37,194 nt of DNA. Source: Octopus bimaculoides. Taxonomy: Eukaryota. Below are positions 1-10,959 of this stretch, in pieces. The notes below the pieces were generated by a model. It saw nothing but the letters and a program-made list of their open reading frames with translations, ran no database searches and was not told where the DNA came from. The position numbers and the translations under genes are program-made. The DNA lies in assembly GCF_001194135.2 (NCBI RefSeq), contig NC_069000.1:22638225-22675418 (forward strand), written 5' to 3'. Within the stretch, counting starts at the first letter, position 1, and each line of letters begins with the position of its first letter.

Positions 1-9
1 GTCTTCAAC

Positions 10-132
10 ACCTCCATCACCTCCAGCCTCCAGTTCCAGAACCCGCAACCACCAACACCACCACTGCCACCGTCACCGCCGCCACTACCACCAACACTGC
101 CACCACTGCCACTACTGTTGCCACCACCTTTG
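10..132. repeat. Degenerate (CCA/CCG)n trinucleotide low-complexity tract
   Basis: Run of acc/cca/gcc triplets. Confidence 0.85.
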
Positions 133-639
133 CGTTCCTTCTCTGTCTGTTATGTCCAGTGAGTCATGGAATATAATTACGGCAGAGAGAGAATTTTCTT
201 GTTAGCAATTTTAAATAACTGCTTTGTAAATGTAATTGAATAAGTGAGCTGGGGTGTGGAGTCGGGGGGGAGGGTATCCTGTTGTTGATATTGGATGCCC
301 CCCCACACTCACACTCACACACACACACACACACCTCCCTACACACATGCAAACTGTAAATAGATGCCAACTGGATGGACAGTGGTCTATCAATCTATAT
401 AATAATAGTCTAAAAGAATGGATGGGGAAAGAGGGGGGAAATACCCTGAGATGTCTTCTGCCTGAGAAAGGAACAGTAAAGTTGAGTGTTAGCATTCTTG
501 AGGCAGTCACTCAAGAAATTTTAGATAATTAGTGATATGAGTAAATTTAGACAAAAATAATAAGACAAACAAATAAAAAGCAAAGGAGGCAACCTTGAAA
601 TTTTGATTAATTAAAAGTTAATAATTAATTAAATTAATT

Positions 640-742
640 AAACAAGGTGGAGTGTGAATCTGAACTTTGATAGTAGGGTGACAACTGTGAACATGTTTCG
701 GTCTTATTTAGCCTCATTAGTGAAGCTCAATCTAAATGTTTC
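640..742 (-). ncRNA. Decayed hammerhead-like repeat (type X), copy 1
   Basis: Minus strand reads CTAATGA ggctaaataagacc GAA ACATGT T cacagttg. It aligns by eye, at roughly 70% identity over about 100 bp, to 1425-1525 in inverted orientation. Confidence 0.5.
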
Positions 743-958
743 TACAGGATTTGTAGGAAATGTTTCTACATGTCTGACAAAGTCTGTATACTATATTTAA
801 CAGTCAACACCGAGAATTGTTTTAGCTTATAAGAATGACTAGAGAAAAAATATGCAGCAATAAGTTATTGTTTTAATCATGCTAGTGCCCAATTTTACTA
901 CTAAGTTTTCATGCAACAAGCATCTCTGAATATGTTTCTGCAACCTTTGTTATAAGTT

Positions 959-1355
959 ACTCTTTTTTTACTTGTTTCAGTCATTTGACTGCGGCCATGC
1001 TGGAGCACCGCCTTTTAGTCGAGCAAATCGACCCCAGGACTTATTCTTTGGAAGCCTAGTACTTATTCTATCAGTCTCTTTTGCTGAACCGCTAAGTTAC
1101 GGGGGCGTAAACACACCACCATTGGTTGTCAAGCGATGCTGTGGGGGACAAACACAGACACACAAACATATACACACACACATATACATATATATACATA
1201 TATACGACGGGCTTCTTTCAGTTTCCGTCTACCAAATCCACTCACAAGGCTTTGGTCAGCTCGAGGCTATAGTAGAAGACACTTGCCCAAGGTGCCACGC
1301 AGTGAGAATGAACCCAGAACCATGTGGTTGGTAAGCAGGCTACTTACCACACAGC
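959..1355 (-). mobile_element. tRNA-derived SINE family A (CORE-like), 5' end 12 nt short
   Basis: Head gctgtgtggtaag...ggttctgggttca, CORE-like ccttgggcaagtg, internal (CA)(TA) microsatellite, tail gactgaaacaagtaaaa. About ten copies in the window. Confidence 0.92.
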
Positions 1356-1424
1356 TAAAACTAATTTTTGTTCATTTACAAAATTCTTATTTAGAGTTTT
1401 CAAGTCATGTAATATTTTTAATAA

Positions 1425-1522
1425 TAACAATTAGATTATAGTTTACTGACGAGGTTTAATAAGGTTGAAATATGTCTACAGTTGTTATTGTGCTGCTAAA
1501 GATCAGATTCAGTACCCCACGT
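1425..1522 (+). ncRNA. Decayed hammerhead-like repeat (type X), copy 2
   Basis: CTGACGA (1446-1452), ggttt-aata-aggtt, GAA ATATGT C (1467-1476), tacagttg. GUC triplet; helix I only partly paired. Confidence 0.55.
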
Positions 1523-1524
1523 TC

Positions 1525-2262
1525 AAACCAAAGCCACTCATTCTCTCCAAATGTTTCTCTCTTCCATGGCAGTTTTCTGGTTTTCTTTTTGTAACTCAAC
1601 GTTGCAATAGAATTGATCTCTGTACAACATTCAAAACTGTCTGAGCTGAGAATTCCCATGACTTTGTAATCCACAAAAGGAGTCTACTCTCCCATTCATC
1701 TTTACTTTAATAGCAGATACCAGCATATCTTCTGCTCTGATCTTGTCTTGAATGATTGAACATATGTTGAGGGATATAGTTCTATAAAGCTCTTCTCTCA
1801 CTGGATGTTGTTCCCATGATTTACAGAGAACTGTATGCAGCCTTACGTGTGTAAGCCACATCAAGCTTATCTTCTATCTTTTTATCAGAGTGTCCATGCT
1901 GATGAACCATTAAAGAAGAACTAATCCCACTTTGGCTCTAAAGAAATTCCTTTTCATCCAGTCAGGCAGTGTAGACTTTATATGTCTAGTTCACTCTATG
2001 CTTTTGCTAAGTAGATTCATACATATTTTTCAGTGGATGATATATCACTTCTGACATAAGTGAAATGCTTAACTTCCTTCAGAGGTGTACCACTCAGTTA
2101 GTTGATCTGATCATGCTGGTTAAAGTATTCAATGTTTCAAAGTTTGGAGGACTGAATTTCTACAATCAATTAATTTCTATTAACAGAGTTGTCTCCCTTG
2201 CTGTTTCAGACAAGAATTACTTAGCAGATAATAATTCTCTTTACTATAGATGCAACATTAGC
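1525..2262 (-). mobile_element. Decayed RTE-clade LINE, 3' part of RT ORF
   Basis: Frameshifted translation includes PLKEVKHFTY..DISSTEK, KSTLPDWMKRNFFRA, GSSAWTL, SWEQHPVREELY and AMEERNIWRE, all typical of the RTE C-terminal region. Confidence 0.8.
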
Positions 2263-2472
2263 TTAAAATTTTGGCACAAGGCCAGCACTTTTGGGGAAGG
2301 GTAGGTAAGTTGATTTCATCAACCCAAGTGTTCAACTGGTACTTATTTTATCAACTCCGAGAAGATGAAAGTCAAAGTTGATCTCAGTGGAATTTGAATT
2401 CAGAATATAAAGATGGACGAAACGTCGCTAAGCATTTTGCCTGGTATGCTTACGATTCTGCCATCTCACCAA
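2263..2472 (-). mobile_element. SINE family B (Meta/MESC-like core), tail type 1
   Basis: Reverse complement ggcagaatcgtaagc...ttcaaattcc...ttgataaaataagtaccagttg, homologous to 30958-31188 and 35775-36300. Confidence 0.85.
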
Positions 2473-2571
2473 CTTACTATAGGTGCAATACTGATAAATT
2501 AAAATTTCTTGTATAACCGCATTAAGTATGCTAATACTACAACCTATCACCACAACTACTATGAGCCTTTC

Positions 2572-2775
2572 CAAGGTCACTCAACCTGCTAGAGATAGCA
2601 ACCAAATCTCTCTCCAATAAAAACAATGCAGAACACCTACCATATTAAACAAGGTAGGGTATAAAGGATAATGTAGACTAGATAACCCTAAAAAGATGGG
2701 ATGGTCACAGTTGGAATATTAGTGATCATAGGCTTTTCCAGTTGAGGTTAGCCTGTAGCTTAACAACAACAACAA
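2572..2775 (+). mobile_element. Interspersed repeat family D ending in (CAA)n
   Basis: cctgctagagatagcaaccaaatc...aggttagcctgtagcttaacaacaac. Reverse-complement homologues at 16970-17110, 18075-18135, 30760-30957 and 31200-31330. Confidence 0.65.
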
Positions 2776-3105
2776 CCACAACAACATCATCACTGCTGCT
2801 GCCACCACCCGCGCTGCTGCCACCACTATCGCTGCTGCCACTACCACCACTGCTGCCGCCACCGTCACCACTGCCGCCACCACTACTGCCACCACCACCG
2901 CTGCCGCCACCACCGCCGCTGCAACCACCACCACTACTGCCACCACCGCTGCCACTACCACCACCGCTGCTGCTACCACCACNNNNNNNNNNNNNNNNNN
3001 NNNNNNNNNNNNNNNNNNNNNNNNNNNNNNNNNNNNNNNNNNNNCTGCTGCCGCCACCACTGCTGCCACCACCACCACCACCATCATCACCCCCCACCAC
3101 CACCA
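2776..3105. repeat. (CCA/GCC)n trinucleotide tract with assembly gap
   Basis: Direct reading; N run 2983-3044. Confidence 0.9.
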
Positions 3106-3284
3106 CATTTTGTATGTTCTTTAAATCTTGGTTCTAAATGACATTAAAACTGACTGTCGTTAGCTTAATTGCTGTTCATTATATCTTGTCTCTGACAGAA
3201 CACAACATTAAACATGACAGAACAAGCCAAACTTTTCAGCATTCTTCGCCCAGTAATATGGCCATATTTCTTATATTAATCATC

Positions 3285-4085
3285 ATGTATTTTGTTACTA
3301 TTATATATATTTTACTAGTAACCTGATACATTTTTGTTTTTTTTACTAATAACTAAATATATCATGTATTTTCTACTGAATCCTGATGTACGATATATTT
3401 TAATAACAACCAGATATGCCATGTGCTTTACTGATAACCTCATATGTTATGTATTTTATTGAGCACGTTATATACCAAGTGTTTTATTGAGAAATTGATA
3501 TACCAAATGTTTCTCTGTAAATATGATATCCTGTGGGTTTCACTGATAACATGATAAACCATATGCTTTACTGATAACATGATAAATGCACATATATATT
3601 TACATACATACATACATACACACATACACAGACACAAACACATACACAAACATACACACACACATATATATATATATTTACTCTCACACACACACACACA
3701 TACACAAATATATACATATACATATATATATTCACATATATAGATACATGCATGTATATGTGTATATATATGTGTGTGTGTGCATATATATTATTGATAA
3801 CTTGGTTTACCAAATGTTTTACTAACAACCAGATTTACTGTTAGTTTCACTGATCTGATAACTTGTACCACCTCACTGATAACTTGATATCCCATACATT
3901 TTTGTGCTAACAGGATATAGTGTGTATTTTACTGATAAGCTGATATACTAGATGTTTTACTAATTACTCAGTGTACGATATATTTTACTGGAAGTATGAT
4001 CTACCAAATGTGTCAGTGATAATTTGATATATATTACATCGCATAGATAACTCTATATGTTGTGTGTCTCATCAGTGACTCTATA
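3285..4085 (+). repeat. Degenerate ~29-30 bp minisatellite (ttactgataacctgatatacca...) split by a (CA)(TA) microsatellite at about 3590-3790
   Basis: Recurrent actgataac / tgatatac motifs at about 30 bp spacing. Confidence 0.7.
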
Positions 4086-4235
4086 TACAGTGTGAGAATG
4101 CTCGATATACCTTTGTTGTTTATCATACTGAGTTATTTTTATCTAATATTACAAGACAGAGGATATTGCTAACACAATGCTAAAAGCATTTCTAAAGTCT
4201 ATCTAGACAATAGCCATTGAAATTATGCTAATGTA

Positions 4236-4382
4236 GGCATTGACATGGCTGTGTGGTAAAAAGTTTGCTTCCCAACATCATGGTTGCAGGCTCTGTTCCA
4301 CTGCATGACACTTTGAGCGAGTGTTGACCAAAGCTTTGAAAGTGGATTTGATTGATGGAAACTGAAAGACGCCTGTCATATA
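4236..4382 (+). mobile_element. SINE family A 5' half, decayed
   Basis: ggctgtgtggtaaaaagtttgc...gatggaaactgaaagacgcctgtc. Confidence 0.8.
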
Positions 4383-4450
4383 CTCTTTTATTCTTTAATT
4401 TGTTTCAGTCATTTGACTGTGGCCATGCTGGAACACCGCCTTTAGTCAAA
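4383..4450 (-). mobile_element. SINE family A 3' tail, opposite orientation
   Basis: tttgtttcagtcatttgactgtggccatgctggaacaccgcc. Confidence 0.8.
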
Positions 4451-5198
4451 CAGTGCTTGGAAGTAACATGTGTAACATGTGTTTATCGCATTATCCATGA
4501 CAGAGAAAGTTGAGCAGAGAATCTGCATCAAATGTTGCCAAAAGCTTGGCGATATCTGTTCAGAGGCCTACACAGAGTTTTCAACAAGTTTTCATCATTC
4601 TCGACACAATCAACAAGATTCTGAGCAACTGAAACCCTGAGTGCCTCTTTGGTCAGCTGAAAGCAGTTTTGGTACAAACTTGGTAGACATGCGTCTCATA
4701 CCCAAATCTTCAGTAATAATGCACTGAACTGAACTGTAACTAATCTGCACATCCTCTGATAACTCACAGATGGTGATTCAATGATTTCCCCTCGCAGCTG
4801 CACACACATCTGTGATGTTTATCTCAGTTCTGCTGCTTGCAGGTCTTCCAGAATGTTCGTCACTATCGACATTTTTAGGCCATCTTGGAAACGTCTGAAC
4901 CACTCATACACTTGTGTGCGACTCAAACACTCCTCTCCATACACTTTCTGCAACTTTGTTTAGGCCTCTGAGGCGGTATCACCATGACAACTTACTCTGT
5001 GATGGTCAATGTGACAATCATATGCTACACATGTTACTTCCAAAAACTGCTGTAAACACCGGAAGTGAGCTAGAATGTTAAAACTTGGTGCACATATACA
5101 GCAGAGATTAAGGTCAATCTTTGCCAAACAGCTTCACTCTGTGTACTTTAGCTTCATTACTATGGCAACAGTCCGGATACTTATTGATCAGATCGCGC

Positions 5199-5200
<2 letters not shown>
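4451..5200 (-). mobile_element. Mariner 5' fragment with an inverted second copy of the transposase start
   Basis: Minus strand: QKVYGEECLSRTQVYEWFRRF...SGRP...EDLGMRRMSTKFVPKLLSADQ, with a TIR-like end agtccggatacttattgatcaga (5170-5192). Plus strand from 4497: MTEKVEQRICIKCCQKLGDICSEAY. Confidence 0.85.
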
Positions 5201-5257
<57 letters not shown>

Positions 5258-5329
5258 TAATGGAGAAATGGAGAAATATATATTTATATATAATGGAGAA
5301 ATTATATATAAGATGTATAACTAGATGCA

Positions 5330-5480
5330 TAACATCCATTTTCCCTGCTGGCATAGGTTAGAGACTTTGACTGGAGTTGGTAAACCAGAGAGCTGCACCA
5401 TGCTCCAGTCTGTTTTGGCTTGGTTTCTACAGCTGGATGCCCTTCCTGATGCCCACCACTTTACATGTCACCAGCACAGG
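5330..5480 (-). mobile_element. 3' tail fragment of retroposon family G
   Basis: Homologous to 23620-23785 (tttctacagctggatgcccttcct motif). Confidence 0.7.
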
Positions 5481-5578
5481 TGCCTTTTATGTGTCACCAG
5501 CACTTACTAGGACCATGATTTCACTTAGTTTGATGTCTTCTCAACCATAGCAAATCGACAGAAATATATAATGATCTC

Positions 5579-5623
5579 CAGGTTATGATGAAAGTCTGAG
5601 AAGACATGAAATTAATCAGATTG
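5579..5623 (+). ncRNA. Decayed hammerhead-like motif (type Y)
   Basis: caggtt ATGATGA aa-gtct-gaga-agac-at GAA ATTAAT C agattg. C3 is mutated; helix I has 5 of 6 pairs. Confidence 0.5.
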
Positions 5624-5959
5624 ATCCAGAGTTTTCTAGCTTTAGGCAGAAATGTGATAGAGTTACTGTGATTACTTTTCATAGAATTGCTGAAATTATA
5701 CTTGGAGTTTCCCTTGCGATAGCAGTTATCATGAGGGAGATAATCATTTCTTCATAATACAAAGTGGGATAAGAAATCAAAGAGCTAGAAGTGGTACAAA
5801 ATTCTCATGTTTGAATAATCCAAAATTATGTGTAATGCATCATTAGTTAATTCTTATTATCAGTATGTTGCACTTTTATGCAAACTAGTTGGATCACTTT
5901 AATTGTTTGACTTTGTATAAATTATAAATAGCTTTTAATCTATGAACAGAAGATGGGTA

Positions 5960-6025
5960 TTCTTTCTCTGATGAAGATATAAGAAGACTTGAAACTAAAA
6001 CAAGTGAGCTCAATCCTACTTTTTC
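5960..6025 (+). ncRNA. Heavily decayed hammerhead-like motif (type Y)
   Basis: CTGATGA (5968) agatataagaagactt GAAAC. Helix II region matches the 5585 copy at 11/16; downstream tgagctca...ctttttc matches the 13624 copy. Confidence 0.35.
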
Positions 6026-6179
6026 ACCAAATAGAAAAAATAAAATCTGTAATGCAACTATTTTTATTTTTTACAATCCATATCAAAGCTAAAGCTAAAT
6101 ATTCCTCAAAGATAACTAGACATTATGTCACATTTTGAATTATATATCTCATCATCATAAATAAAATCATTTTGTATTC

Positions 6180-6920
6180 ATTACTTGCATAGGTTGAACC
6201 AGTCATCTTCAGCACAGCATCTCTCCATTACTAGAGTCCTTTGTTATTTTCTTTGTGAGGTCCAGTGTCCAAAGACTACCTTCCTTTTCATGTTTTTCTC
6301 ATTCTTCCTCAGCAGGTTCCTTCCAGTTGAATTGCTTGGGACTTCTTTACCCATCTACCATTCTCTAAATGCATCACATGTCTATACTAGTGTAGTCACC
6401 TCTCTTGCATGGAATACCTTGTTTCATCAGTTTTTCTCTCAGCCCATTTCTACCCTGTTCTTCATTACACATCCAGTAGAACATGTTTAAATCATTTCTT
6501 TCCAGACTTCACATATCCTCTGCTTTCATTTCCTTTATTTTGCCACTATGCAATATCATGTTTAATACACAAGCTTTGTACAATCTACCTTTCACTTAGA
6601 GACTAAATCTCTTTGTTGCCAGTGGAACTAATAACTCTGAATTGTTTCAATTTGTTCCTATTTTAGTATCATTCATTTGAAACATTCACCTCAAATTCAG
6701 TAAGTTACCTACACAAGCCGAAACTATCAATAATTTATAGGGATTTGGAATAGTTTATTTCATCAGTGATTTTACTGTTAACTACTCCTGCACTGGAATC
6801 CCATTGAATCAACTCTGTGGTCTTTCTAATGGGATTCTTTCAATCAGATTCTAGTGCAGCTGTGATCAGCTGAGTCCATGGTATCAAGAATAAACCAGCC
6901 TGCAGATTCATGCAGTTTGA
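6180..6920 (-). mobile_element. Decayed RTE-clade LINE 3' fragment
   Basis: IDSF, SELLVPLATKRFSL*VKGRLYKACV, SLERNDLNMFYWMCN, GLREKL, WRDAVLKMT; 3' end ttcaacctatgcaagtaatgaa. Confidence 0.8.
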
Positions 6921-6969
6921 CATTTTTTACTTTTATTCTTGTATGCATGTATGTACTCTTGTATGCATA

Positions 6970-7365
6970 TACTCTTTTACTTCTTTCAGTCATTTGACTG
7001 TGGCCATGCTGGAGCACCGCCATTAGTCAAGGAAATCGGCCTCAGGACTTATTCTTTGTAAGCCTAGTACTTACTCTATCGGTCTCTTGTGCCGAACCGC
7101 TAAGTTACATGGACGTAAACACACCACCATTAGTTGTCAAACGATGCTGGGGGGGGGGGGTGCAAACACAGACACACAAACATATACACACACATATATA
7201 TATATACATATATACGGCAGGCTTCTTTCAGTTACCATCTACCAAATCCACTCACAAGGCTTTGGTTGGCCCGAAGCTATAGTAGAAGACACTTGCCCAA
7301 GGTGCCATGCAGTGGGACTGAACCTGAAACCATGTGGTTGGTAAGCAAGCTACTTACCACACAGC
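6970..7365 (-). mobile_element. SINE family A
   Basis: High similarity to 959-1355. Confidence 0.92.
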
Positions 7366-7374
7366 TAATATATA

Positions 7375-7790
7375 TGGTTGTTGTCTACTCTGTATGCAGA
7401 GTCTGACAACTTCTTCTTCCTACACTTTAGATCCATCATGGCATCTGATGTGGCTTTTTAAACCAGACAATGTATTGAAAAGACACCCACATAGATTGCA
7501 TATCTGATTTGGACCAGCAGGAGTTGCAGTTAAGTTGTGATCTTTGTGGATCTTAAAATGTCTTTTGAGGCCTCTCTTAGATCTGCAGACCTTATGGCAT
7601 ACACAACTTTGAAAGGTGTGTGCAGATATATAGTTAGAATAGTTGGTGTAGGTTCGTTTTTCATGGGTCCACAATTGAGATTGGAACCCTTTTCATTCTC
7701 ATTTGAAAGTATTTGTACTTTCCTTTTGCTCTTTATCCATCTGGCACAACCAGAAGAGTAGTGCCATAGAATTTAAAGTCATTAGACTTT
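7375..7790 (-). mobile_element. RTE-like LINE C-terminus with two C2H2-type zinc fingers
   Basis: ORF 7420-7674: CHKVCRSKRGLKRHFKIH and CNLCGCLFNTLSGLKSHIRCH. No TGEKP linkers; upstream degenerate ESTNTFK*E fits an RTE tail domain. Confidence 0.6.
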
Positions 7791-7899
7791 CAATATGCTG
7801 AAACTATGCTACAACCTAGTCTCTATGACTGATGAGAGGATTTCCATGTTTATTTGTCCTTCGTTCTTTTCTGTTGACAACTACTGTGTTGGATTTTGA

Positions 7900-8009
7900 T
7901 TTTTTTACACACATACACATGTATGTGTGTATGTTTGTGTGTATGTATGTATGCATGTAAATATATACATGTATTATCATATATGTATTGTCTATGTATT
8001 ATGTAAGTG

Positions 8010-8085
<76 letters not shown>

Positions 8086-9431
8086 TAGATAGATAGATAG
8101 ATAGATAGATAGATATGTATATGTATATATATATATGTATATATGTATATATATATATGTGTGCGTATGTGTGTATATATATAAATATATATTGATAGAT
8201 ATAGATCGATAGATAGATAGATATATAGATAGATAGCTAGACAGACAGACAGATAGATAAAGAGGGAGGAAGAGAGGGGAAGATGGAGACTGAGACAATT
8301 ACAAAGGGGGCATACAGATGGATTCACAGATATCAAGGTTTACCTAAACAGAAAAATAGAAAGATAAATACAAAAAGAGATAAAGAGACAGTCGACAGAT
8401 GACAGAGAGAAAGAGAGAGAGTGGGAGTGAGAGAGAGTGGGGGAGACAGAGTGAGGGAGGGAAAGAGACAGCCAGTATAAGGACACAAGGAGGAAGAGAG
8501 GGGAGGGGTATAGTCATAGAAAACTTATTTTATATTTGTGACTCATTTTTGCAGGAATTCATCTCCCTGAACCTTTTACACTGTCCTACCTTTCACCTCC
8601 TCAACATACATACATGCATCCATGCATCCATGTATGCATACATGCATACATGTATGCATACATTCTTTCATACACACATACATTCGTACATACATTCATT
8701 CATACATACATGCATTCATACATACATGCATATGTATATATATACATACATACCATTCAAACATACGTACATACATAGTTACATGCATACATATATGCAT
8801 ACATATGGACGTTCATACATATGCATATACATTCAAACATAAAATATGCATTGATACATACACATACATATGTCCATATCTACAGATATTCATACATATA
8901 TAAATACATATATATACACATGTGCTTATATACACACCTACACATATGCAACCATGCATACATGCACACATGCATACATGCACACATGCATACATGCACA
9001 CATGCATACATGCACACATGCATACACATATTCATACATGCAGACATACTCACATATATACAACCATACACACACACATGCATACATGCACACATAGACA
9101 CATACATATACACAAACACATATATATGCATTCATACACGCATACATAGACATACAGACACACTCATACATATTTACATACCTACCTACATACATACGTA
9201 CATACATACATATATATATACAAACATACATACTTACATACATACATGTTTGCATGCATACATACACACATATGCATGCATACATATATACGCATACACA
9301 CACCTACATAGCTACATACATACATACATACATACACACATACATACATGCATACATACATGCATACATACTTCTGAAATCCAAAAGATGATGCAAAAAT
9401 AAACAATAAAAGAAAGAAAGAAAGGAGGAAA

Positions 9432-9481
<50 letters not shown>

Positions 9482-9550
9482 AATGAAGAAAGGAAGAAAG
9501 AAAGAAATGAAGAAATGAAGAAAGAAAGAAAGAAAGAAAGAAAGACAATT
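7900..9550. repeat. Compound microsatellite field (TA)n,(TAGA)n,(GA)n,(CATA)n,(GAAA)n
   Basis: Direct reading; accounts for the spurious ORFs in this interval. Confidence 0.95.
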
Positions 9551-9940
9551 TAATGATGGTGGATACATCTGGCTGGTTGGCTTCATACATTTTAAACTGC
9601 CGTCTTAATTTAATGCTTGCATGAACATAAATATTGATGAATTAGTAAAAGTAAATAGTTTATTATTGTATAAGAGGAGGATGAATAAAGGTTACTTGGT
9701 GGGGTGGGTAGCATGTGTTGGTGGTGGTGCTGATGTTGGTGGTGGTGTTGGTGATGACAACTGGAGTAGTAGTGGCTTTGGTGGGAGTATATGATTTTGC
9801 TAGTGGTGGTGGTGGTGAGACTGCAGAAGTGGTGAGTCTTTACTTGTGGTGTCATGACATGAAGACAATGTTGGCACCGTACATATTGTAAGTATACCCC
9901 AACAGAGAGACGGATAGTTATCAACCTTCGTATGACTGCT

Positions 9941-10736
9941 CAAGGTGCATTCCAGAAGTTTTGAGACTTTTTCAAGAGAGACATTCATTGGTCTCATAGA
10001 AGTACAATGGTCTAATATCCTTCAAAGTAGAATCCTCTGACTTCAATGCACTTCTTGTATTGCTCCACCCACTTCATGAAGGCCCCAAGGAAGTTCTCTG
10101 AAGTGAAGATGTCCAGGACCCTTGCTACAATCTCTTTATTTTCTCCTTCAACATGCCCATCTCTGTCAATGGAATTATGGGCTGGTGCATTGCCTTGGTG
10201 CAGGTACTCTGGTCTTTTGGAATGAAATCTTTTCCCTGAACTCTCCTGAAACCTGCACAAAGTACTCTTTGTTAGCTGTCCGGCCAGAGTTAACCCAGTG
10301 GATATAGATAATGCCCTCGCGGTCAAAAAAAGGGGATTGCCATGAGCTTCCCAATGGCTTGCTTTGCCTGGCCTCTTGTGCTAGTGGAGAACAGATACTC
10401 ATCTCATACAAGTTAATCCATAAGCAGTTTGGAGCATCCATAAGTTTCTGTTGCATTTTTGCCCAGTTTAACACAAAACTTTATTACATAGCAAGCTTCC
10501 CAAAATGTCTTCACATCCTGGCTGCATTCTGAAAACTAGTCAGCTGTGACAAGTAGTGTTTAGTAGGCTATGTTCAAAGTGCTGTTATAGCCATCTCTTT
10601 CAATCTAGAATAAGAAAAGTTAACAGATCAGCTTATTAGATGTATAGTAATGATACAATGAAATTGCAATGACGTAGGACAGTTAAAATCAGTCTCTCCT
10701 AAAAAAAGAGTCTCAAAACCGTTGGAATGTAACATG
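9941..10736 (-). mobile_element. Internally deleted non-autonomous mariner with both TIRs
   Basis: TIRs 9941-9968 and 10709-10736 match at 22/28, followed by TA on the right. Peptides: VIKFCVKLGKNATETYG / KLMAIPFFDREGIIYIHWV / LHQGNAPAHNS / KWVEQYKKCIEVRGFYFEG. Confidence 0.88.
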
Positions 10737-10959
10737 TACATCATGAAATAGTTCATGTAATACAACTATCATCATTGTCATGGATACATTATGTTCCTGA
10801 AAATCTTGCTGTAATTTAGAATTCCATTATGTGAAGCCTATTTTCCTAATAATTTCCATGTTTTGGAAATTCCATGTGGTAACAAGATTTTCAAGAATGC
10901 AACATTTGTGTAATTCTGAGGATTCCTGAACATATACCCATTTATCCATTTGCTCTTCC

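Noticed and set aside
254-532. 92-aa ORF
   Set aside because: Partly (CA)n, no recognisable domain and no convincing splice sites
2719-3137. Gly/Ser-, Val/Ala- and Pro-rich ORFs
   Set aside because: Translations of a (CCA/GCC)n microsatellite spanning a gap
5575-6003. Exon-like open frames (GYDESLRRHEINQ..., EDGYSFSDEDIRRLETKT)
   Set aside because: They overlap related hammerhead-like repeat remnants and have no recognised homology; splice support is weak or unconfirmed
7829-7870. CTGATGA followed by a possible helix
   Set aside because: No GAAA half of the hammerhead core
8399-9590. Many long His/Ile/Tyr/Cys-rich ORFs (same pattern at 24650-26282 and in gap-spanning ORFs)
   Set aside because: Di- and tetranucleotide repeats and N runs lack stop codons; no protein signal
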